Of a DNA stretch of 45,102 bases, positions 37,234-45,102 are shown piece after piece. Below the pieces are notes generated by a model, which had not been told where the DNA came from, ran no database searches, and was given only the letters and a program-made list of their open reading frames with translations. Within the stretch, counting starts at the first letter, position 1; every line of letters starts with the position of its first letter. This DNA is from Campylobacterota bacterium (lineage in GTDB: Bacteria; Campylobacterota; Campylobacteria; Campylobacterales; Nitratiruptoraceae): assembly GCA_013153095.1 (NCBI GenBank), contig JAADFB010000083.1, positions 1-45,102 on the forward strand. Reading direction: 5' to 3'. A program made the translations under genes and the position numbers.

Positions 37234-40197
37234 ATGGTACAGCCTTACTGTGAAGAGTTAGCGACTTCAAACGATTTAGAAGTGATTGAGCAATTAAAAA
37301 GTTTAAAGGTAAAGTTTGATTCTGACGCTTTTAAAATCTACACTAAAGAGAAACTCTCTATTACCCAAATTGTAGAGCTTTTAAGCGATTTTGGAGTTGA
37401 GGTAGAAGATCAGCGTTCCTATTCCGTTGAAGGGGTAAAAGTTTACCAATTTTTCATAACACCTTCCAAAGAGTTGGAGGTTTCAAAGGAGCTAATTGAA
37501 GAGATTGTTCAAAAAGCACTCCTTTCTAAAGCTCCCAAAAGGTGTAAGCTTTACAGGTTTGTGTTATTAGAGGATTTTAACTTAGAAAAGGTTATTTTTT
37601 TAAGGGCTTTTATAAAATATTTAGATCAGCTTTTATTACAAAAACGGGAAGATAGCATTATAAAAACTTTTTTAACTTATCACCATCTTGTAGCGCTAAT
37701 TACCTCTCTTTTTTTTAAAACCTACTCTAAAAAGAGTGAGCATCTTCAAAAGATTAAAGAGGCGTTTAAAAATGTTAAGTCTTATGATGAGGATAGATTG
37801 CTTAGAATCTTCTTTTATGCAGTAGAAAATATCGAAAGAACAAACTTTTTCGGAGGAAAAGAGACAAAATCTTTTAAATTTAATATCTCCGCTTTTAAAC
37901 ATCTTCTTTTTGATCTAGAACCAAATATTGAGATGTTTGTATACCACAATGAGTTTTTAGGGGTTCATCTAAGAGCTTCTAAAATTAGTAGAGGTGGAAT
38001 TAGATGGAGTGATAGAGAGGATTTTAGGGAAGAGATAAAATCTTTAATGATTACTCAAGAAGCCAAGAACGCTATTATCGTTCCTTCAGGAGCAAAGGGA
38101 GGGTTTTATATAGAAAAAGATAACCTTTCTAAAGAGGAGTTTAAACACTATTACACTCTCTATATCGATGCCTTACTAGATTTAGTAGATAATGACCCTT
38201 CTCCTTCTAAAGATTTCTACTTTGTGGTAGCGGCAGATAAAGGTACTGCCGATATGAGCGATGTAGCTAATGAAATCTCTTTAAAACGGGGTTATTGGCT
38301 AGGAGATGCGTTTGCAAGCGGAGGAAGTAACGGTTATAACCATAAAAAGCTAGGAGTTACCGCTAAAGGAGCGTGGATATCGGCGGCTAGACATTTTATT
38401 GAGAGGGGAATTGATATTTTTAAAGACCCTATTACGGTAGTTGGAACCGGCTCTATGCGAGGAGATGTTTTTGGAAACGGGATGTTAATAAATCCCAACA
38501 TCTCGTTATTAGGAGCTATCAGTTCTCACGAGATTTTTATAGACCCTAACCCCGATCCTCAAACCGCCTATTTAGAAAGGAAACGGTTGTTTGAAGAGCA
38601 AAAGAGTTGGAAAGATTATAACCCTACTCTCATTAGTAAAGGGGGAGGAGTTTTTCCTAGAGAGGCAAAGGAGATAAAACTCTCTCCAGAGATAAAAAGG
38701 ATGCTAGGAATAAAAAAGGATGTAATTAGCGGAGAAGAGTTAGCTAAAAAGCTATTGTGTGCAAAGGTAGATCTGCTGTATATTGGAGGAATTGGGACAT
38801 ATGTAAAATCTAGTGAAGAGTTAAATATCTCCATCGCAGATAAAGATAATGAGGGAGTTAGAGCTGATGCTAGCGATTTAAGAGCGTATGCGGTTTGTGA
38901 AGGTGGAAACTTAGGATTTACTCAAAAGGCTAGAATAGAGTATGCAAAACTTGGAGGAAAGATTAACCTCGATAGTATCGATAATTCTGCAGGAGTACAC
39001 ACTAGTGATTATGAGGTAAACCTCAAAATAGCTCTAAACCAAGCGATCAAAGAGAAAAAGATAGATACCCAAACCAAAAATCAAACTTTAGAACAGTTAA
39101 CTCAAGAGGTGTTGGATAAAGTTTTTAGTACCAATTACGCGCAATCTTTAATTATCACTCTAGATGAGATCAGGTCCAAAGAGAATCTAGAGCTTTTTAT
39201 AAAAAGTATAGAGCTATTGGAACACCATTTAGAGTATTTTAAACGCAAAGATTACTCTATTCCAAAAAATAAAGAGATAACTACAATTCTTTCTCCTTCA
39301 GGAGCTATTGTAAGACCGATTTTAGGAATCCTTCTCTCTTATGCAAAAATCTTTTTAAAACAGGTAGTGTTAAACTCCTCTTTGATGGAAGAGCCGTTCT
39401 TAGAGCATTACCTTTATAAATATTTTCCAAAACGGTTTATCACCTCTTTTGAAAATGAACTCTTAACCCATCCACTTAGAAAAGAGATTATAGCTACTAC
39501 TGTAGCCAACATCGTAATAGATAATGCTGGAGTTGGGTTTATTGCCGATTTTGAAGAATTGGGCGAAGAGAGATTCATCTTAAAAGTTAGATCGTATCTT
39601 TTACTTTATACCCTCCTAGGGATAGCAAAGGAGAAAAGAAAGATAAAAGATTACAATGAGTTACTAAAAATTGAAGATTCGATGAGGTTTGCACTGCAGT
39701 GGATATTAAGGAATAGTAAAGAGATTAATACCGAACCGTTCCATATCTTAAATTACAAAAAAGAGGTTATGGAGTTTAGAAAAAGCTTTAAGTTAAACGA
39801 TCTTATCCGTTTTATAATGCTAGCTATCCTACTAAAAGAGTTAAAAGACTATAAACTCAAAGAGGTTTTAGAGCTGTTACAAAAAATTATCGATCTTTTC
39901 TATATCGATGAGTTACTTCATCTAATCTATAGTTTTACTCCAAAAGATAGCGTTGGAAGAGAATTAAAGACTCAATTGAGTGCATTGGTAGAGCTATTTG
40001 TAACCACTATGGCTAAAGAGGTGGTGTTTTTTACTCGATCTCAAGAGTCTTTATTAGAAGGCTTGGAGAGTTATTTGAAAGAGAAAAGGATCGATCCTTT
40101 AGTGTATAAAGAGAAACTGCAAGAATTAAAAAAACATCCTAGTGATCTACCTAGTCTAACCGCATTAGTACATAAACTTCTTTTAGAAGCGGTATAA
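37234..40197 (+). CDS. NAD-specific glutamate dehydrogenase, large (Bac_GDH) type, short form
   Basis: RGGIRWSDR, KNAIIVPSGAKGGF, VVAADKGTA, GDAFASGGS, GDVFGNG, GGIGTYVK, EGGNLG, DNSAGV. Confidence 0.93.
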   Translation: MVQPYCEELATSNDLEVIEQLKSLKVKFDSDAFKIYTKEKLSITQIVELLSDFGVEVEDQRSYSVEGVKVYQFFITPSKELEVSKELIEEIVQKALLSKAPKRCKLYRFVLLEDFNLEKVIFLRAFIKYLDQLLLQKREDSIIKTFLTYHHLVALITSLFFKTYSKKSEHLQKIKEAFKNVKSYDEDRLLRIFFYAVENIERTNFFGGKETKSFKFNISAFKHLLFDLEPNIEMFVYHNEFLGVHLRASKISRGGIRWSDREDFREEIKSLMITQEAKNAIIVPSGAKGGFYIEKDNLSKEEFKHYYTLYIDALLDLVDNDPSPSKDFYFVVAADKGTADMSDVANEISLKRGYWLGDAFASGGSNGYNHKKLGVTAKGAWISAARHFIERGIDIFKDPITVVGTGSMRGDVFGNGMLINPNISLLGAISSHEIFIDPNPDPQTAYLERKRLFEEQKSWKDYNPTLISKGGGVFPREAKEIKLSPEIKRMLGIKKDVISGEELAKKLLCAKVDLLYIGGIGTYVKSSEELNISIADKDNEGVRADASDLRAYAVCEGGNLGFTQKARIEYAKLGGKINLDSIDNSAGVHTSDYEVNLKIALNQAIKEKKIDTQTKNQTLEQLTQEVLDKVFSTNYAQSLIITLDEIRSKENLELFIKSIELLEHHLEYFKRKDYSIPKNKEITTILSPSGAIVRPILGILLSYAKIFLKQVVLNSSLMEEPFLEHYLYKYFPKRFITSFENELLTHPLRKEIIATTVANIVIDNAGVGFIADFEELGEERFILKVRSYLLLYTLLGIAKEKRKIKDYNELLKIEDSMRFALQWILRNSKEINTEPFHILNYKKEVMEFRKSFKLNDLIRFIMLAILLKELKDYKLKEVLELLQKIIDLFYIDELLHLIYSFTPKDSVGRELKTQLSALVELFVTTMAKEVVFFTRSQESLLEGLESYLKEKRIDPLVYKEKLQELKKHPSDLPSLTALVHKLLLEAV

Positions 40198-40219
40198 GCC
40201 TCCCTTACTGGGAGGTTTT
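40197..40219 (+). terminator. Intrinsic terminator-like hairpin after gdh, overlapping the moaE stop
   Basis: AGCCTCCC-ttact-GGGAGGTT followed by TT. Confidence 0.55.
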
Positions 40220-40660
40220 ATCCAACGCTAATAACCCACTTCCTTCAATGGGTTGACTTCTCTCTTTAGCGTAGATTCTTTCACCATTTTTTACATCATA
40301 TTTCCAAATCGGGGCATTAGCTTTAAAATCTTCCACAAACTTCTCAATAAGCTCTAAAGCTTTTTTTCTATGGGGACAAAAAACAGCGGCTACGTAACTA
40401 GAGGTGTGGATAGGTACGTTACCTTTACTGTGAGCCATCTTAATTACACATCTCTCTTTTTTAGCTCTATCTTCCCACTCTTTAAACCACTTTTTTAAAA
40501 TAGGTTCATACACATCAAAACTTAACGCTTCAATCCCATCTTCAGCCCTTACAATCCCTACAAATGTTATATACGCACCATAATTTTTATCTTCCCCCCA
40601 CTTTAGCCACCTATTAAAAATCTTCTCTACTTCCAATTCACCTGGATAAAGTTCAACCAT
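40205..40660 (-). CDS. moaE: Molybdopterin synthase catalytic subunit
   Basis: GAYITFVGIVR, HRKKAL, FKANAPIWK; follows moaD. Start ATG 40660. Confidence 0.93.
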   Translation of the reverse strand: MVELYPGELEVEKIFNRWLKWGEDKNYGAYITFVGIVRAEDGIEALSFDVYEPILKKWFKEWEDRAKKERCVIKMAHSKGNVPIHTSSYVAAVFCPHRKKALELIEKFVEDFKANAPIWKYDVKNGERIYAKERSQPIEGSGLLALDKTSQ

Positions 40661-40662
40661 TC

Positions 40663-40884
40663 TCAGCCTCCACACACTGGGGGTAGAAGAGAGATTCTAT
40701 CACCCTCTTTAAGCTCTACATCTAGGCTTTTAACGATTTCGTCATTTACGGCTACAGCACACTCACTTAACCACTTTTTTATTTGGGGGTCTTTGTTTAA
40801 CTCTTGGGCAACCTCTTTTAAATTTTTGGCTTCTAAGTAGAGGGGGGAGCGGGCGATAGGACCTAGAAATTCCACCTTTACCAT
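40663..40884 (-). CDS. moaD: Molybdopterin synthase sulfur carrier
   Basis: 73 aa, AVAVNDE, C-terminal PPVCGG. Confidence 0.94.
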   Translation of the reverse strand: MVKVEFLGPIARSPLYLEAKNLKEVAQELNKDPQIKKWLSECAVAVNDEIVKSLDVELKEGDRISLLPPVCGG

Positions 40885-40942
40885 CTATTTCCTTTTTAAA
40901 AATTTCAAAGGTTTTTGTAAATTTTATCATATAATTTTCTTT

Positions 40943-41590
40943 ATGGTAATAGGTAAAATAGATTATATCAACCTTCTTCCCTTCTATGTTTATTTAAAAA
41001 AAGTCCTCTCTTCTCAGGAAAAACAGGCTTTAAATTTTTATAAAGGAGTTCCCTCTCAAATTAACCATCTTTTTAAAAAAAGAAGAGTTGAAGCAGCTGT
41101 AGTTTCAAGTGTAGTTTCAGAAAAATATCGTTGTAGCGATTTTGGGATAGTGGCTAAAGGTAAAGTGTTAAGTGTACTTTTATGTCCAGGAGAGGAGAAA
41201 GAAGATTTAGAATCCAACACTTCCAATATCCTAGCTAAAGTGTTAAATCTTCAAGGAAAAGTGGTAATAGGAGATAAAGCGTTAAAGATTAAACAGAAAG
41301 ATTGTATCGATTTAGCACAGCGTTGGTATGAAGAGTATAAGCTTCCGTTTGTGTTTGCGAGGTTCTGTTTTTGGTCTCGATCTCAACGGTATCAAAAGCT
41401 TGCCGATAATTTTTTACGAACCAAAGTAAAGATTCCTTCCTACATCTTAAAAAAGTACTCTAAAAAGAGCGGATTAAGTAGGAAGGAGATAGAGGAGTAT
41501 CTAAAACTTATAAACTACCGTCTAGGGGTAAAAGAAAAGATTGCCCTAAAGAAATTTCTAAAGAAAAAAGGAACTCTTCGCAAACGATGA
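40943..41590 (+). CDS. mqnA: MqnA-family chorismate dehydratase (futalosine menaquinone pathway)
   Basis: GKIDYINLLPF, VIGDKAL, DLA..W....LPFVFA. Confidence 0.82.
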   Translation: MVIGKIDYINLLPFYVYLKKVLSSQEKQALNFYKGVPSQINHLFKKRRVEAAVVSSVVSEKYRCSDFGIVAKGKVLSVLLCPGEEKEDLESNTSNILAKVLNLQGKVVIGDKALKIKQKDCIDLAQRWYEEYKLPFVFARFCFWSRSQRYQKLADNFLRTKVKIPSYILKKYSKKSGLSRKEIEEYLKLINYRLGVKEKIALKKFLKKKGTLRKR

Positions 41591-42504
41591 AACGGATAAT
41601 TTTAGCAGTTTTTGCAGTTTTACTAGTGGCAAAAGAACCTATCGATCCTATTCCTCAAAACTATCCTTACGATAAAGATAAAGCCAAAATTGGAAAAGTC
41701 CTTTTTTTTGATCCTTTACTCTCTAGAGATGAGACTGTAGCTTGTGTAAGCTGTCACGATTTTAACTACGGAGGAGCTGATCCTAGAAGAGTTTCTATAG
41801 GGGTTTATGGAAAAAAAGGAAATGTCAACTCTCCAACAGTTTATAACGCAGTTTTTAATTTTGCCCTATTTTGGAACGGAAGGGCTAAAGATTTATATGA
41901 GCAACTAGATGGACCTTTACATAGTCCCGTAGAGATGGATATGGATGAAAAAACTTTACTAGAGAGACTTAACGCCTCCCCTTACTATAAAGAGCTATTT
42001 AAAGAAGTTTATCACACCTCAACCATTACCTATGGAATGGTTAAAGAGAGTATTGTGGAGTTTGAAAAGGCTTTAACTACTCCAAATAGTAAATTTGATC
42101 GCTATCTTCGTGGAGAGGTGAATTTAACTTCTCAAGAGTATGAAGGGTATTTGCTCTTTAAAAAACTTGGATGTATCACCTGCCATAATGGGATAAATTT
42201 AGGGGGTAACTCTTTTCAAAAGTTTGGTAGTGTAATTCCTTATGAAGGAGATTTTAAGGGAGATAGGTATGAAGTAACTAAAAAGGAGATAGATAGAGGA
42301 GTTTATCGAGTTCCTACCTTAAGAAATATAACTTTAACCGCTCCCTATTTTCATAATGGAAGTGTAGATAGTTTAGAGGAAGCGATCAACAAGGTTGCTT
42401 TCCATAACTTAGGATATGAGTTAAGCGAAGTTGAAATAAAAAAAATTATCGCATTTTTTGAAACTTTAACGGGAGAGCGACCAAGGATTTTGGATGAGGA
42501 TTAA
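41587..42504 (+). CDS. Diheme cytochrome c peroxidase (bCcP/MauG superfamily) protein with non-canonical ligands
   Basis: LFFDPLLS, CVSCH, NSPTVYNA, FWNGRA, PVEM, CITCH, VPTLRNITLTAPYFHNG; signal peptide. Confidence 0.92.
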   Translation: MKRIILAVFAVLLVAKEPIDPIPQNYPYDKDKAKIGKVLFFDPLLSRDETVACVSCHDFNYGGADPRRVSIGVYGKKGNVNSPTVYNAVFNFALFWNGRAKDLYEQLDGPLHSPVEMDMDEKTLLERLNASPYYKELFKEVYHTSTITYGMVKESIVEFEKALTTPNSKFDRYLRGEVNLTSQEYEGYLLFKKLGCITCHNGINLGGNSFQKFGSVIPYEGDFKGDRYEVTKKEIDRGVYRVPTLRNITLTAPYFHNGSVDSLEEAINKVAFHNLGYELSEVEIKKIIAFFETLTGERPRILDED

Positions 42505-44560
42505 CCTAAAACTCCTCTTTATGTCGTTATTAGGAGTTGGAGCTATCTCTCTTTTACTTTTTTTTGAAAAATATACCAAAGAGTTCTTTACCGAAAAAAA
42601 TCGTCTTTTAACTCTAATTAACGAGATAAAACAGGAGGAGATGCAACTAGATTATCAGACCTTAAAGACCTCCTTTTTTCTTTATCAAGATTATGATACT
42701 ATTGTAAAATCTCAAAAAAGATTACACGAACTTGTAGCTTTAATTCAGCAAAACTCAAGCTCGGCTTTAGATTCAATCGCCTTAAACATTTTGGCTCAAT
42801 ATGAGCTAGAGCTTTATAAAAAAGAGAACGATATAGAGCTGTTTAAAACCTATAACGCAGCTTTAAAAAACTCAACCCTTTACCTAGCTACACTTTTACA
42901 AAAACTTCCGGAGAAGATAGAACACAACCGAGAATATGAGAAACTGGTAGAAAGTATCATCGCCCACATTTTTATAGTTAAAAACTCTTTGGATGAGGAT
43001 TTTATCCAAGAGATAGAAAATCTTTATCAAAAAGTTAAGACTTTTAAGTTTAAAAATCCACAATTTAAAAAGTTCCATCTAATTTTTACTTCTCATGTAA
43101 AGATTTTTATAGAAAATTTCCCTAAATTTAAATCTACTCTTCTTGCGATCCTAGACTCTCCTACTAAAAAAAGTTTAGAGAAGTTTGAAAAGGTTGTAAA
43201 TCAAAACATCTCTAAAAAAACGGAACTTATCACCTATATTTTTTATGCAACCATCTTTTTTTATATCCTCTCACTCTTATTAATTCTTTATTTTCTCTCT
43301 AGGTTGGATAAGGAGAACCAAGAACTAAAACTTCTACAACAGAAATTAAATCTTACCGCAATTACTGATGAGCTTACTCAACTTTATAACCGCCACGCTT
43401 TTCAAGAGGATGCGAAGAAAGTTAAAAAACCGTTTTTTGCAATAGTTAATATCAATGGATTTAAACATTACAACGACTTTTACGGAAACGCTCTAGGAGA
43501 TCATATTCTCAAAGAAACGGCCAAAGCGTTAAAAATAGCTGTGCCTCACCATTATAGTCCTAAGTTTTATCGAATCGGAGGGGATGATTTTGGAATCTTA
43601 ATCGAAGAAGACCTTCCAATAAACGAAAAAGAGTTTGCAAAAAGAATTATTGAACATTTTAATAAACACACCATCATTTATAAAAGTATAAACCTCTATA
43701 TCTCCGTTAGCATTGGGATGACTAGAAAGCGTCCCCTACTTGAAACTGCCGATATGGCGCTAAAATTTGTTAAGAAAAACCCAAATATCTCCTTTGCTAT
43801 CTATAATGAAAACCTAGGATGTTTTGAAGTAATTAAAGAGAATTTAAAACGGGGAATGGTGTTAAAGAAGGCTGTAGAGGAGAAAGAGATCGTTCCCTAC
43901 TTTCAACCTATTATTGATGTTAAAACTGGGAAGATAGTAAAATATGAAGCGTTAGCTAGAATAAAAAATGAGAGTGGGTTTTATGAATCTATCTTTTATT
44001 ATCTTCCAATTGCTAAAGAGATGAAACTTTACGATGAAATAACCAAAATTATGTTTTTAAAAAGCTTTCAAATGGCAAGTAAAGCAAATAAAGCGATAAG
44101 TATAAACGTTTCGATGAAAGATATAGAAAACCCCAAACTTATTACCTTCTTAAAAGAGTTATTCAAAGAGTATCCCCAAATACCTCAACGATTGACGTTT
44201 GAGATTTTAGAGAGTGAAACTTTAAAAGATTATAACGCGGTTAGAGATTTCATCTCAGTGGTAAAAGCGCAGGGGTGTAAAGTTGCAATCGATGATTTTG
44301 GAAGCGGATATTCCAACTTTGCCCACATCTTTAACCTCAATATCGATTATATAAAAATTGATGGCTCTTTGATTAAAAATTTACCTAGTGATAAAACCGC
44401 CCAAAATGTGGTATTGGCTATTCAGTTTCTAGCTAAACGGGCGGGGATTGAAACAATCGCAGAATTTGTTCACTCTCAAGAGGTGTTGGATGAGGTAAAA
44501 AGATTGGGGATAGATTACGCTCAGGGCTTCCATATCGGTCGCCCTGAACCAAATCTATAA
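42494..44560 (+). CDS. Membrane GGDEF-EAL protein with all-helical periplasmic sensor (DAHL-like); probable c-di-GMP phosphodiesterase
   Basis: TM, ~230-aa helical domain (YDTIV, FKTYNAALKNS..YL, SH..I), TM; degenerate GGDDF; intact EAL, DDFGSGYSNF, KIDGS, AEFV, QGF. Confidence 0.9.
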   Translation: MRINLKLLFMSLLGVGAISLLLFFEKYTKEFFTEKNRLLTLINEIKQEEMQLDYQTLKTSFFLYQDYDTIVKSQKRLHELVALIQQNSSSALDSIALNILAQYELELYKKENDIELFKTYNAALKNSTLYLATLLQKLPEKIEHNREYEKLVESIIAHIFIVKNSLDEDFIQEIENLYQKVKTFKFKNPQFKKFHLIFTSHVKIFIENFPKFKSTLLAILDSPTKKSLEKFEKVVNQNISKKTELITYIFYATIFFYILSLLLILYFLSRLDKENQELKLLQQKLNLTAITDELTQLYNRHAFQEDAKKVKKPFFAIVNINGFKHYNDFYGNALGDHILKETAKALKIAVPHHYSPKFYRIGGDDFGILIEEDLPINEKEFAKRIIEHFNKHTIIYKSINLYISVSIGMTRKRPLLETADMALKFVKKNPNISFAIYNENLGCFEVIKENLKRGMVLKKAVEEKEIVPYFQPIIDVKTGKIVKYEALARIKNESGFYESIFYYLPIAKEMKLYDEITKIMFLKSFQMASKANKAISINVSMKDIENPKLITFLKELFKEYPQIPQRLTFEILESETLKDYNAVRDFISVVKAQGCKVAIDDFGSGYSNFAHIFNLNIDYIKIDGSLIKNLPSDKTAQNVVLAIQFLAKRAGIETIAEFVHSQEVLDEVKRLGIDYAQGFHIGRPEPNL

Positions 44561-44562
44561 TT

Positions 44563-45102
44563 TTATTGAGCAGGGCATTTATGGTGGGATAGTTTTTCCA
44601 ATTTAGCTTTATACTCCTCCCAATCCATCTTTTTTCTAGCTACTCCACTCTCAACCGCCGCTTTTGCAACAGCTAAAGATACTTCAGTTAAAAGTCTAGG
44701 ATCAAAAGGAGTTGGAATGATATAATCTTTTCCAAAAGTTAGTTTGCGTTTATAAATCTTCTCCACTTTTTTAGGTACCTCTTTTCTAGCTAGTAATGCT
44801 AAAGCTTTAGCTGCAGCTAACATCATCTCATAATTTATCGCTTTGCTTCTAGTATCTAACGCCCCTCTAAAAAGGTAGGGAAAACCTAAAACATTGTTTA
44901 CTTGGTTTGGAAAATCGCTTCTTCCCGTTGCAATAATTGCGTTGGGCTTAACCTCTCTAACCTCATTTGGCATAATCTCAGGGACTGGATTGGAGCAAAC
45001 AAACACAAACGGCTCATCTTTCATTAACGCTATCTCCTCTTTAGAGATAACTCCCGGTCTAGAGAGCCCCAAAACCATATCTGCATCTTTAAAAGCTTCT
45101 TC
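44563..45102 (-). CDS. Malic enzyme, C-terminal part (5' end outside the window), no PTA fusion
   Basis: Frame open to the window edge (EAFKDADMVLGLS); SNPVPEI, ATGRSDFPNQVNNVLGFPYLFRGALD, YIIPTPFDPR. Confidence 0.93.
   Translation of the reverse strand, partial: EEAFKDADMVLGLSRPGVISKEEIALMKDEPFVFVCSNPVPEIMPNEVREVKPNAIIATGRSDFPNQVNNVLGFPYLFRGALDTRSKAINYEMMLAAAKALALLARKEVPKKVEKIYKRKLTFGKDYIIPTPFDPRLLTEVSLAVAKAAVESGVARKKMDWEEYKAKLEKLSHHKCPAQ

Noticed and set aside
3092-43078. Remaining short ORF-track entries nested in or antisense to real genes (e.g. 3092-3310, 7899-8204, 8682-9059, 21614-21862, 32736-32960, 38616-38834)
   Set aside because: Shadow ORFs overlapping well-supported genes, with no recognisable motifs or initiation signals.
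1-45102. CRISPR array, tRNA/rRNA, riboswitch, selenocysteine read-through, long poly-G/C phase-variation tracts
   Set aside because: No spaced repeats or cloverleaf seen; intergenic gaps are short; TGA stops fall at expected protein ends; A/T runs are expected in AT-rich DNA and G/C runs are short. A covariance-model search would be needed to exclude small ncRNAs.

Overview
An AT-rich, very gene-dense bacterial chromosome segment. Gene content and protein style (purB-nrdA, htrA-cprRS-like, MqnA futalosine pathway, short NAD-GDH, FliO-like) point to Campylobacterota, most like a vent-type chemolithoautotroph such as Nitratiruptor; the taxon is inferred, not searched. Most of the window is housekeeping: nrdA (partial), purB, RluA, rlmN, nrdB, pcm, pckA, uvrA, htrA plus a two-component pair, suhB, gdh, moaDE, mqnA and a partial malic enzyme. 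Less ordinary parts: (i) a non-canonical diheme peroxidase-family gene coupled to a helical-sensor GGDEF-EAL protein; (ii) a Fur-box-led run porin-feoA-feoB-aguA-znuACB-aguB, where the porin begins with three perfect 10-bp ATG-containing repeats; (iii) a cytochrome c lipoprotein coupled to a TolC-MFP-RND pump, with an unusual hairpin in a ribosome-binding region; (iv) a three-gene islet of uncharacterised envelope proteins sharing a ~40-aa module; (v) two unannotated small membrane ORFs and a possible uORF flanking rlmN; (vi) hairpins built into most convergent gene junctions. I saw no rRNA, tRNA, CRISPR array, integrase or transposase. All calls come from motif recognition by eye; no database search was run.
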